NCBI GenBank assembly: GCA_019358915.1
Contig: JAHHIM010000002.1
Coordinates: 96,001 to 160,000, forward strand
From: Trichormus sp. ATA11-4-KO1
GTDB lineage: Bacteria; Cyanobacteriota; Cyanobacteriia; Cyanobacteriales; Nostocaceae
Reading direction: 5' to 3'
DNA: 64,000 bases
Part shown: positions 41,637 to 50,939 of the stretch, piece after piece
Numbering within the stretch: the stretch's first letter is position 1
Layout of the letters: each line of letters begins with the position of its first letter
Program-made: the position numbers and the translations under genes
The notes under the pieces: generated by a model
What the model saw: the letters and a program-made list of their open reading frames with translations, nothing else
Told to the model about the DNA's origin: nothing
The model's database searches: none

Positions 41637-42407
41637 ATGTACAGTTTGGATATTAACTTTCTTAAAGACCGCCCAATTTATCAGAAAAATCCTCACAAAA
41701 GCAGAGGAATCACATTACCCTCTGGGGATTTAACACCAGTGTATGTGGGAGTTGCCTTAGGTCTGTGTTTTCCAGCTTTTGTCGGAACCAGTTGGTGGTT
41801 TTTACAAGCGAAAAATAGCGAATTAGAGCAGCAAATAGCACAACTAGATCAGGAAAACAAGAGGTTAGAAACTGAGATTGGCAATATTAACAAAATTCGA
41901 GAAGAGACGAAAAGAGTCAAAGCAGAAACACAAGGCTTAGTCACAGTATTTGATCAGATTCGTCCTTGGTCAGCTATGTTACAAGATTTGCGCGATCGCA
42001 TACCAGCGACAGTACAAATTGAAAACGTTAAGCAACTTCCACCCACTCCCGCAGCCCAAGGACAGCCACCCAGTAATCCGGCTGGAGGATTAGAAGTTAC
42101 AGGACTAGCTCGTTCTTTTAATGATGTCAATGATTTCTTATTGACTCTACAACAGTCTCAATTCTTAAAATCCTCAGAAAGCAGGATTATCACCGCCACT
42201 TTAGTAGATGCACCAATACCACCAGGGATTAATCCCTCTGCTAATGGTGTGCAAATTAAACTACCCCAAGTAGTCAAATACACCATTCAATCAAGTCTAA
42301 GTGATGTTCCAGCTTCTGAGTTAATTCGGGAGTTAGAGCAAAAAGGCACGGTTGGATTAGTAAGTCGAATTCGTAGTATGCAACAAACAGGAGTCATTTC
42401 CAAATGA
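41637..42407 (+). CDS. pilN: Type IV pilus assembly protein PilN
   Basis: DINFL motif, TM, coiled coil. Confidence 0.92.
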   Translation: MYSLDINFLKDRPIYQKNPHKSRGITLPSGDLTPVYVGVALGLCFPAFVGTSWWFLQAKNSELEQQIAQLDQENKRLETEIGNINKIREETKRVKAETQGLVTVFDQIRPWSAMLQDLRDRIPATVQIENVKQLPPTPAAQGQPPSNPAGGLEVTGLARSFNDVNDFLLTLQQSQFLKSSESRIITATLVDAPIPPGINPSANGVQIKLPQVVKYTIQSSLSDVPASELIRELEQKGTVGLVSRIRSMQQTGVISK

Positions 42408-43171
42408 CGCTGAGTGAAGATTTCAATTTTGTAGACCAAGGTGGGGAATTCGGTTCAGAAACACCAGCCTATCCTGTTGTTTTTGGTATTAGCTTCACAC
42501 CCAAAATTATCGGCATTTTAGTAGGAGTTTTGGGAATTGCTGGAGCGGTGTATATGCTGATGAATATGGTAATGCCCGCTTGGGAGACCTATCAGCAGCA
42601 GCAGGCACAAAGCAACGACCTACAAGGGCAAATTGAGCAAAAAAAAGCCAGTATTAAAGAAATTGAAAAAGTAAAAGAGGAATTAGCTCAGGCGAAACAG
42701 CAAACAATCCAGGTTTTAAGTTTATTTGCTAATGAAAAAACCTTAGATACATTGCTACTGGATTTGAATCGGTTAGTTGAGTCTGGCAATTCTCAAATTC
42801 CTGCCAACGCTGTGAGAGCCAAACTACAAAAGTTTGTGCCAGCTTCACAGCAAGCCGAACCAATTAATGATGGCTCTCTTGGAGCCATAGTTGATGGCAA
42901 ATTAAAACGCAGTAGCGTTAATGTCGAAGTTGTTGGCACTTTTGAACAAACGCAATCGATTATTCGTAATATCGAGCGTTTGCAGCCTTTGTTAATAGTT
43001 AAAGACTATCAAGCGACATTGGCTCCCGAACAGGCTAAAGATCCATCAAGTAAAGAAGTACGTAGGATAGGGCCTGCACCGATTACTACATCCTTCCAAC
43101 TACAGGCGTTGATGCCACTTAATTCAGAAGAAGTAGCGGCTGCGGCTGAAGCTGCAAAAACTAAACAATAA
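42404..43171 (+). CDS. pilO: Type IV pilus assembly protein PilO
   Basis: TM plus coiled coil, IERLQPLL; overlaps pilN. Confidence 0.9.
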   Translation: MTLSEDFNFVDQGGEFGSETPAYPVVFGISFTPKIIGILVGVLGIAGAVYMLMNMVMPAWETYQQQQAQSNDLQGQIEQKKASIKEIEKVKEELAQAKQQTIQVLSLFANEKTLDTLLLDLNRLVESGNSQIPANAVRAKLQKFVPASQQAEPINDGSLGAIVDGKLKRSSVNVEVVGTFEQTQSIIRNIERLQPLLIVKDYQATLAPEQAKDPSSKEVRRIGPAPITTSFQLQALMPLNSEEVAAAAEAAKTKQ

Positions 43172-43173
43172 AA

Positions 43174-43317
43174 GTGCTGAGTGCTGAGTGCGGCTCGACT
43201 GACTTGTACTGAGCCTTGTCGAAGTAGCTTCGCCGAACGTCTGAGTGCTGAGTAGTGCTTGACTCACCTACAGGCTAAAGCCTGGGGCTAAACAAACAAA
43301 GCCTGCCTAAGCAGGCT
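43174..43317. repeat. Nested repeats (GTGCTGA STRR hosting two SDR layers) plus a REP-like double hairpin
   Basis: 24-mer ACTTGTACTGAGCCTTGTCGAAGT at 43202-43225 is identical to 45804-45827. Confidence 0.8.
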
Positions 43318-43419
43318 AATTAGGCGCATCTTTATCTAAAAATGGTGTCACTACTGACAACAGTGTAACTACTCAAAGATTGTTGATGAACAGGTGTTTT
43401 ATAAAGTGAGGAATGAACT

Positions 43420-45696
43420 GTGAAACAGCTTCACGGTAATAGTGTAATATTAGGCGCTGCCGCTTTTGTATTTTTGGCAGCTCAACCCGCGCGGGCCCAG
43501 ATTGCTCAAGTCACTGGAGTCAAGCTTAATCCCGTTAATAATGGAATTAGCGTTGTTTTGAAAACTTCCTCAGGGTCGCGCCCGCAAGTTTTCACGACAC
43601 AAAGAGGCAACGCTTTAGTCGCAGATATTATTAATACTCAACTACGTTTACCGCAAGGTAATAATTTTCGCCAAGATAACCCGGCTGCGGGAATTGCCTC
43701 GGTTCAAGTTATGCAACTTGATGCTAATAGCATTCGAGTGATGGTGACTGGCAGTAATAACATCCCCACTAGTCAACCTGTGGTGCGAAAGCAAGATGAA
43801 ATTACTCTCAGCTTTACCCCATCTTCAACCACCGCATCAACAGCAAATCCACCAAGACCGGCAGCCCCGCCTGCTTCTACCCCAGCCCAACCTAGTCAAA
43901 ATGTTTTGGTTCCTAACCCACAAGTCTCAATTGACGGTAGACCTGCTCTGCCTGCTGGCCCTGGTCAACCTCTGAGTCAAGCACCTCCATTCTTACCCAG
44001 AGCAGTAGCCCCACCAGTGGGAGATATCGCTATTTCCGCTACAGATGCGTCTCCCAGCACCATTGACTTAGGAACTCAAGAACGTGTACCCCGCCTAGTT
44101 TTGAGAGATGCACCAGTCCGTGAGGTTTTGTCATTACTTGCCCGTGCGGCTGGTCTGAACCTGGCTTATGTAGGTGGTGAGCAAGCTGCTGGAGGTCAGC
44201 AAGGTGCTGCTGCTGAAGGTCAAGCAAGTTCTCAAACAATTTCTTTAGATATAGAAAATGAGCCGGTGCAAGATGTATTTAACTACGTTTTGCGCCTTAG
44301 TGGTTTAGAAGCGAACCGCAGTAATCGCACAATTTTCGTGGGGCCTAGTTTACCTAACTCCACCCGCGATGTAGTTATGCGTAGCTTGCGACTCAATCAG
44401 GTAACTGTGGGAGTTGCACTCAACTTTTTAGTCGGCTTGGGTGCAGAAAGTGCCGTTAGCCGCGAACGTCAAGTTACTAGTGTGAATGCTGTGCCTGTGG
44501 GTAGTGGAGCTGCTCCCATTACTCAAACTCAAACAACTACAGAGACCAGACTGGAAACTCAGCGTGCTGAATTTAAAGACTCAAAGCCTTTACTGAGAGG
44601 TTTACAAGCATTAGGGGATGAGCGCACCAATTCTCTAACCTTGATTGGCCCTCCTAGGCAAGTTGAGATGGCAATGACTCAACTCAGTCAACTTGATATC
44701 CGTCGTCGTCAAGTGGCAGTTAACGTGAGGATTATTGATGTTAACCTTTTAAATATCCAAGACAAGAATGCTAGTTTTTCCTTTGGGATTGGTAATAACT
44801 TCTTTAGCAACGACGGTGGTGCTGCTACTTTAAATTTTGGTGGTTCTAGACCAGCTAACCGTGATGAAGTCCGAAATAATTTGACTGGTAGACCTGTTAC
44901 TCCTAATCCACTTCAAGATGGTAACATTTTTTTCAACCCACCTAATCCACCTAGGGCGGGAGTAAGCACTAATCCACTAGAACCCGGTATTATAGAAAAT
45001 AATGATGAAGGAAGACCTACTTATGGACTTCCTAGCTTATTCCAATTTCCTCGTAGACTTCTTGCAACTTTGCGGGCTGAGGTAACAAATGGTAATGCCA
45101 AAATTTTGACTGACCCAACCTTAATTGTTCAAGAAGGTCAAACCGCTAATGTCAACTTGACACAGGAAGTAGTAGGTAATATTACAAGGGAAATAGTTCG
45201 TGATGCTAATCTTGCTACAGAAACGATTTCAGCTGAAAAAGAGCAAGTAGGTTTAACCTTAGCGGTAAAAGTTGACCGAATTGACGATAACGGTTTTGTC
45301 TCTTTATCCGTGGCTCCTGTAGTCAAAGCACCCGTAGCCCCAGCTAGTATCAATGTTGGTGGTGGTGGTAGTCAACAAATATTTTTAGTATCTGAGCGCT
45401 CTTTAAATTCTGGTGTAGTTCGCTTACGAGATGGTCAGACGCTAATTCTTTCAGGTATTATTCAAGACTCAGACCGAACAACTGTTTCTAAAATCCCCCT
45501 CTTGGGTGATCTGCCACTAATTGGTTCGTTATTTAGATCAACAAACAGACAGAATCAGCGTAATGAGGTGATTGTGTTGTTGACACCTCAGGTAATGGAT
45601 GACTCTGAGAACTCTGCCTATGGCTATAATTACAGCCCCAGCCCAGAGGTGCGGCAAATGCTTGAGCGTCGTGGGTTGAGTGCGCCTCGGCGATAA
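43420..45696 (+). CDS. pilQ: Type IV pilus secretin with AMIN domain
   Basis: DERTNSL, DGQTLILSG..KIPLLGDLPLIGSLF secretin signature. Confidence 0.93.
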   Translation: MKQLHGNSVILGAAAFVFLAAQPARAQIAQVTGVKLNPVNNGISVVLKTSSGSRPQVFTTQRGNALVADIINTQLRLPQGNNFRQDNPAAGIASVQVMQLDANSIRVMVTGSNNIPTSQPVVRKQDEITLSFTPSSTTASTANPPRPAAPPASTPAQPSQNVLVPNPQVSIDGRPALPAGPGQPLSQAPPFLPRAVAPPVGDIAISATDASPSTIDLGTQERVPRLVLRDAPVREVLSLLARAAGLNLAYVGGEQAAGGQQGAAAEGQASSQTISLDIENEPVQDVFNYVLRLSGLEANRSNRTIFVGPSLPNSTRDVVMRSLRLNQVTVGVALNFLVGLGAESAVSRERQVTSVNAVPVGSGAAPITQTQTTTETRLETQRAEFKDSKPLLRGLQALGDERTNSLTLIGPPRQVEMAMTQLSQLDIRRRQVAVNVRIIDVNLLNIQDKNASFSFGIGNNFFSNDGGAATLNFGGSRPANRDEVRNNLTGRPVTPNPLQDGNIFFNPPNPPRAGVSTNPLEPGIIENNDEGRPTYGLPSLFQFPRRLLATLRAEVTNGNAKILTDPTLIVQEGQTANVNLTQEVVGNITREIVRDANLATETISAEKEQVGLTLAVKVDRIDDNGFVSLSVAPVVKAPVAPASINVGGGGSQQIFLVSERSLNSGVVRLRDGQTLILSGIIQDSDRTTVSKIPLLGDLPLIGSLFRSTNRQNQRNEVIVLLTPQVMDDSENSAYGYNYSPSPEVRQMLERRGLSAPRR

Positions 45697-45709
45697 GATA
45701 AGAAGCCCT

Positions 45710-45891
45710 GGCGAATGGAATTCGCGGCTATACAAACCAAGTCCGCCTGCGCGGACTAATAGGAATTCAAACCCGCGTAAGTGGTTACTGAGCGGCTCAA
45801 GTGACTTGTACTGAGCCTTGTCGAAGTAGCCTTCGCCGAACTCTTGTCGAAGTGCGGGTTTTGTCTGTGTAGACGCGGTTTCTAACCGCCG
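45710..45891. repeat. Inverted REP-like pair carrying three nested SDR insertions
   Basis: Two double-hairpin arms in inverted orientation; inserts at 45781-45853. Confidence 0.8.
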
Positions 45892-45922
45892 ATGTCACTC
45901 AAATCAAAAATCTAGAATTAGC

Positions 45923-46420
45923 TTACCATCCCCAAGTACCAGGACTTCCCTTGAACGGCCCAACAACATCACTGGTAACCCAACCGCCATAAAAATTACC
46001 TGGTTGCGGTTCTACTTTTTCTCCATCGACGTAGCAAGCATCCATAAGATGAGCATAAAAAGCTAGATAATCTTTGATAGATGCAAAGGTTGGTGTGGGA
46101 TGAGGATAAAACCAAGCAGCATTGTTGACTTCTTTGTCACCAACGCGGATTGTGTAGTAATTAGCAGGCCCTTTCCATTCGCAAAAACTAGATTGCGGTG
46201 TTTGCAATAAATATTCCATTTTGATATCTGTTGGAGGGATGTAGTAAGAGGGTGGATGACTTGTTTCTAAAACACGCTTGGCGCTGTGGGTATCTGCAAT
46301 TGTGACTCCATTAAAAATTATCTGGATATGTTTGCTGGTATCTTCTAGACGAGGGGGACGAGGGTAATCCCAAACTGATTCTTGTCCGGGAGCAGGATTA
46401 ATACGTTGGGGGTATACCAT
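45923..46420 (-). CDS. DUF427 family protein
   Basis: ESVWDYPRPP, ETSHPP, CEWKG, FYGGW. Confidence 0.9.
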   Translation of the reverse strand: MVYPQRINPAPGQESVWDYPRPPRLEDTSKHIQIIFNGVTIADTHSAKRVLETSHPPSYYIPPTDIKMEYLLQTPQSSFCEWKGPANYYTIRVGDKEVNNAAWFYPHPTPTFASIKDYLAFYAHLMDACYVDGEKVEPQPGNFYGGWVTSDVVGPFKGSPGTWGW

Positions 46421-46542
46421 AATAAGCAGTTGGGCAAAATTAAATTTATTTGTGTTTAATTATTTACGTCTACGTCGTTCTACTTAATCACCCTAAATCC
46501 TAACACCAGTAGGGGGAGTCGGTGCTTTGGTATTGTGTGAGG

Positions 46543-47535
46543 TTACTGAGCAACTTTGGGTGCAAACATCAAGTAAGTTCCTCCTAAACCTTCGACAATT
46601 GTGCGTGTATTAGCTACCATCATTTTCTGATAAGTATCTCCGTCGCTTCCTGCTTCCCCAAACCCATTGGTATACAGTTGCCTTTGTGATACTTTCACAT
46701 TTGCTTCTCTAGCTACAGATTGAATTAATTGGGGATTAGTTGTTGTCTTGGGAAAAATTGTTGGTACTTGAGCCTGCTGAATATTTTTCACCCAATTTTG
46801 GAATTGTGCATTTGTCGGTTTTTTATCATGACTGATATCTGTTAAGCCTCCTGCCAAAGCTATTCCGTATGCTTTGCTGTAATAACCCAGTGCATCACTG
46901 GTTGTTACTAGTTTGCGTTGATTAGCAGGAATACTAGCAATTCTCGACTTGATCCAACTATCCAACTGGGTTAGTTCATTTTTAATTGCTTTTGCATTAC
47001 TGCTATAAATTGTGGCATTAGTGGGTGCTAATTTACCCAAATGGTTGCTAATTAACTCCACCATGCTGATAGCATTCTTGGCATCATGCCAAATATAAGG
47101 GTTAGTTAATTTTTTGCCAGATTCCTGATATTGCTGTGGCTGGGGAACCGCAAGTTGCCCAACAGCTATTTTGGGTGCGGGGTTTTGAGTTTCTTTAATG
47201 ATTTTGATTAATCCTGGTTCAAAATTATAACCACTGTAGAGAATCAAATTAGCTTGTTCAATAGCTTGACGGTCTTCAGTTATTGGTCGATAGATTTGCG
47301 GATCTGTACCAGGAGGAACCAAACAGATGAGATTAATTGTATTTTCGGCAATCTGTCTAGTTAAGTTACAAAGTACACTTGTAGTAGCTACTACTTGGGG
47401 AAGATTCTCGTCTATTCTGGTGGTGGTTTGAGTGAATGAGGTGCTTGCAGCTTGATTGCCACAACCAAACAATCCAATTGTTAAGACGACAAAGGTAGCT
47501 CGTAAGGAATTATTTGATGGTGATTTTTTTAGCAT
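46543..47535 (-). CDS. Cluster A-I (MntC/ZnuA-like) substrate-binding lipoprotein with degenerate ligands
   Basis: Lipobox LFGC; VVATTSV, LILYSGYNFE, IPANQRKLVTT. Confidence 0.87.
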   Translation of the reverse strand: MLKKSPSNNSLRATFVVLTIGLFGCGNQAASTSFTQTTTRIDENLPQVVATTSVLCNLTRQIAENTINLICLVPPGTDPQIYRPITEDRQAIEQANLILYSGYNFEPGLIKIIKETQNPAPKIAVGQLAVPQPQQYQESGKKLTNPYIWHDAKNAISMVELISNHLGKLAPTNATIYSSNAKAIKNELTQLDSWIKSRIASIPANQRKLVTTSDALGYYSKAYGIALAGGLTDISHDKKPTNAQFQNWVKNIQQAQVPTIFPKTTTNPQLIQSVAREANVKVSQRQLYTNGFGEAGSDGDTYQKMMVANTRTIVEGLGGTYLMFAPKVAQ

Positions 47536-47775
47536 CTTTAACTCCTCGTTGGATGTATAAAAAAGTCAATCATTTTAATGTGGTAAATGTGGTGATTTTA
47601 GTGCTTATTGCTCATATAAATGAATCTAAGGCAATTGTAGTAGCAGTTTGGGAAAGTGTGGGCACATATGTGTGACAAAATCAGCAAATTAGCGAATTTT
47701 CAAGGACGTGAAGTGTGTGCCTGAGTGCATTCGCCGACATTACAATTTGAGTTATGCTTTTTTGATCAACCATTT

Positions 47776-47817
47776 GTCTAGATTGATACAAAAAAGCAAA
47801 GATATCAGATATAGCGT
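47776..47817 (+). promoter_or_regulatory. Class II NtcA-activated promoter
   Basis: GTC-N8-TAC (47776-47789), exactly 22 nt spacer, TAGCGT -10 (47812-47817). Confidence 0.75.
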
Positions 47818-47823
47818 AGGTGC

Positions 47824-47934
47824 AAGATATAAAATAAAGTCGAGCTAAGAACAAATAGTTAGGGTAGCACCACACTGATCTTCTCTTGCCAACCAACCTT
47901 TAACACCTTCATTAACAGTGATAAAGGGTTTTTT
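47824..47934 (+). ncRNA. nsiR3: Nitrogen-stress sRNA, NsiR3-like
   Basis: NtcA promoter, ~110 nt, core AATAGTTAGGGTAGCACC, terminator with T-run at 47895-47934, convergent with ubiD; family identity is from memory, not a search. Confidence 0.7.
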
Positions 47935-47965
47935 ATGGTTTTTTTCATAACTTATTCGACTCTTT

Positions 47966-47989
47966 GACACCAGCATTTGTGCTGGTGTC
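47966..47989 (-). terminator. Hairpin just after the ubiD stop
   Basis: GACACCAGCA-TTTG-TGCTGGTGTC. Confidence 0.6.
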
Positions 47990-47996
47990 CTAATTG

Positions 47997-49505
47997 CTAA
48001 CGCATATCATAGCCGAACAAATTCGGATCAACTTCCCCTAGTTGCAAATTCGCTAAACCATATTCTGCCCATCTTCTGTCTACCATTGCGGCTACATTGG
48101 GATCTGACTCTAAAGGCGCACCCCATTCATGATCGGTTTCTGGTGGAATTTTGGTGGTAGCATCGATTCCCATGCGTCCACCTAAACCAATCTTTTCACT
48201 GGCAAAATCTAAGGTATCAAATGGTGTATTTGGCAAAATAAAGACATCTCGTGTGGGGTCAACTTTGGAACTAATAGCCCACACAACTTGACGCGGATCA
48301 CGAATATTTATGTCTTTATCTACGACAATCACAAATTTGGTGTATGTAAATTGTGGCAAAGCACTCCAAAACGCCAAAGCTGCTCGTCGCGCTTGTCCCG
48401 GATATGCTTTATCAATGGAGATAATCGCTGCTTTGTAACTCAAAGCTTCCATTGGTAAGAAGAAATCAACAATTTCTGAGACTTGTTGCCGCAGAATGGG
48501 AGTGTAAATACGATTGAGCGCGATCGCCATCATCGCTTCTTCTTTGGGTGGACGGCCACTAAATGTTGTTAAATAAATTGGATCTTTGCGGTGTGTCATA
48601 CACTCGAAGCGAATCAATGGTGAATCTTCTACACCACCGTAGTAACCCATGTGATCACCAAAAGGCCCATCTGGCAAGACTTCTCCTGGTGTAATTGTGC
48701 CTTCTAAGACAAACTCAGCATCGGCGGGAACTTCTAAATCTACAGTTTTACATTTTGCCAATTGCACACCGGAACCGCCGTAAAGTCCAGCAAACAGCCA
48801 TTCTGATAAATCTACAGGTATGGGTGTAGCAGCTGCCATAATAATTAGAGGATCTACACCAAGGGCGATCGCTACTTCTAATTTTTGACCACGTTCAGCA
48901 GCTTTTCGCAAATGCCTAGCCCCACCCCGCACTGATAACCAGTGAACGGTCATGGTATTTTTGGATTGCAGTTGCAGGCGATACACACCTACATTTGGTG
49001 TACCAGTCTCACAATCTCTAGTAATTACTAATCCTAGGGTAATAATTCTGCCAGCATCACCAACATATGGGCGTATTAAGGGTAACTTGTGCAAATTTAA
49101 ATCATCGCCTTGAATCACCACTTGCTGACAAGCTGGGAAAAAGTCTCGTCCTGGTTTAGCCTTAACTACGTCAAATAGCACTTTGCCAAAATCTATCGCC
49201 TGGGAAATCTTTTTCGGCGGTTTTGGTTGTTGCAGCATACTCAGCTTTTTACCTAGAGTTTCTAATTCCTCTGGATGCTGCATATTCATCGCCCAGCAAA
49301 TTCTTTCCACAGTTCCCATCAAATTTACTGCCACCGGGAAAGATGCACCTTTGACGTTTTCAAATATTAACCCTGGCCCCCCTTGTTGCAGCATTCGGTT
49401 GGAAATCTCGGCGATTTCCAACTCTGGGTCAACTAAAGCTGAAATTCGCTGTAATTGCCCTTTTTGTGCCAAAATTTTGATAAATCCCCGTAAATCTCTT
49501 GCCAT
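47997..49505 (-). CDS. ubiD: UbiD family decarboxylase
   Basis: NVGVYR, DGPFGDHMGYY, RPPKEE, GIDAT. Confidence 0.95.
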   Translation of the reverse strand: MARDLRGFIKILAQKGQLQRISALVDPELEIAEISNRMLQQGGPGLIFENVKGASFPVAVNLMGTVERICWAMNMQHPEELETLGKKLSMLQQPKPPKKISQAIDFGKVLFDVVKAKPGRDFFPACQQVVIQGDDLNLHKLPLIRPYVGDAGRIITLGLVITRDCETGTPNVGVYRLQLQSKNTMTVHWLSVRGGARHLRKAAERGQKLEVAIALGVDPLIIMAAATPIPVDLSEWLFAGLYGGSGVQLAKCKTVDLEVPADAEFVLEGTITPGEVLPDGPFGDHMGYYGGVEDSPLIRFECMTHRKDPIYLTTFSGRPPKEEAMMAIALNRIYTPILRQQVSEIVDFFLPMEALSYKAAIISIDKAYPGQARRAALAFWSALPQFTYTKFVIVVDKDINIRDPRQVVWAISSKVDPTRDVFILPNTPFDTLDFASEKIGLGGRMGIDATTKIPPETDHEWGAPLESDPNVAAMVDRRWAEYGLANLQLGEVDPNLFGYDMR

Positions 49506-49729
49506 CGTTCTATCAAGGTGAATATTTAAGAAATGTGAAGCGCTCTCTTATATTATTCATCATTAGTCACTCTCCCATTCCCCTCATCTCTCTCATCAGG
49601 ACGATTATTAGTTTTAACGGTAAATTAACCTAGTAACTGACTTTCCTTAACCATTAAATTGCAGGAATCTAGTTATTTTAATTAAGGATAGGCATTATTT
49701 GTTACAAATAAGCACTACCCTAATCAAAC

Positions 49730-49927
49730 ATGGCAAGAATATACAATACCTTCCTGGCAGGTGGTCTTGTAATGTGGCCCCTGCTAGTTTTGTTTATTCT
49801 TACCTTTGGCTGTGTCTGTAAATGTCACACAGCAGGGGTGGTTTTTTCAGCTCATTACCTGACTAAAGCATGGATGTATGAGCTACCTATGCAAGTTGAT
49901 TCAGGTACACGAAGAGTGCTGAGTTAA
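49730..49927 (+). pseudogene. N-terminal remnant of an ExbB/TolQ/MotA gene
   Basis: FLAGGLVMWPLL resembles the first ExbB helix; similarity ends after about 27 codons. Confidence 0.55.
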
Positions 49928-49940
49928 AAAACCGCCCACA

Positions 49941-50068
49941 CTTCGACAACCTCAGTGACCACAATTCGCGTTACTTGTACCGAGTGCGAAAGTCCTTCCT
50001 TCTTCTTCTTTTGACTCAGCACTCCCCTTCGGCTTCGCTCAGGGCAAGCGCACTCAGCACTCAGCACT
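49941..50068. repeat. SDR and CACTCAG STRR cluster
   Basis: CTTCGACAACCTCAG, ACTTGTACCGAG, CCCTTCGGCTTCGCTCAGGGCAAG and CACTCAG units. Confidence 0.6.
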
Positions 50069-50300
50069 GAGTAAGGTCAAATTAATTATTAAAATTGTAT
50101 CTCCCTACAGTTAGATAAAAATATTATTTTGGTAGCAACTATAATGTGACCTACGCTAGAGGCGAACCACTGTTTTTATTCGTAACCTTGATAAGGGTTA
50201 TTAAATGTTTGCCAAGCAAGTAAAACAGAAGTCAACACTTGCTAATTATCCAAAATATTAAGCAGATAAATAGCCTTTTTTCTTTTGCCAGGAGGACTTG

Positions 50301-50867
50301 ATGAACAGTTTGATAGCTTTTGGTAAAAAGCTAAAACTTCGCCAAATTTTAACCATCTTTTTAGCTGGTCTATTGTTGATAGTTAACACTGCTTGTAGTG
50401 GGGCAAATCCTCAAGGTGCAAATCCCAATAACCCGGCTGTACAAGCTGGTGGTGCAAACAATCCTTATAAAAATGGTGGAGATAAATATACCAAATATAG
50501 AATGACCACCGATCCCAAAGTGATTGATGCAGAAGAGAAGCAAGGAAGTGATCGAGCTAGCCTACACTCAGACTTACAAGTATTGATTGCCACAAATAAA
50601 GATTCTGAGATACTTTACCCTGGTGCTGAGACCCCCGCAGGTAGAGTTGAAAAAGAAAAACAATTACCACTCATCACTCAAAAAGACTTTCAACGTCCTA
50701 AATCTGGTGGTTTAATTCAACGGGAACCGGATGTGGGAACTCGAATTCAAGAACGCATTGAAACCGTAAAAGAGTCGGTTAAAGATGCTTCCAGCTTTTT
50801 GAAAGATAAAGCAGAGGAAGCAAGTGCCAGACCGGAGTTACAAAAAAATCCGGCAGTAGGCAAATAG
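50301..50867 (+). CDS. Hydrophilic lipoprotein (DUF6658-like)
   Basis: GGAGG RBS; lipobox NTAC; hydrophilic body. Confidence 0.78.
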   Translation: MNSLIAFGKKLKLRQILTIFLAGLLLIVNTACSGANPQGANPNNPAVQAGGANNPYKNGGDKYTKYRMTTDPKVIDAEEKQGSDRASLHSDLQVLIATNKDSEILYPGAETPAGRVEKEKQLPLITQKDFQRPKSGGLIQREPDVGTRIQERIETVKESVKDASSFLKDKAEEASARPELQKNPAVGK

Positions 50868-50939
50868 AACTTATCTTCTGTTGCCAGATTCTACCTTATT
50901 TAAGGTTTCACTTAGTCACAAACATTCAAAGAGAACACT

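Noticed and set aside
30837..46420. Two DUF427 genes as a recent duplication
   Set aside because: Different lengths and very divergent sequences
46535..46542. CCTCACAC on the minus strand as a Yfr1 gene
   Set aside because: Only 8 nt of the motif, directly after a stop codon, and lacking the Yfr1 flanking hairpins
47681..47896. 71-aa minus-strand ORF
   Set aside because: Overlaps the NtcA promoter and sRNA on the other strand; no protein features
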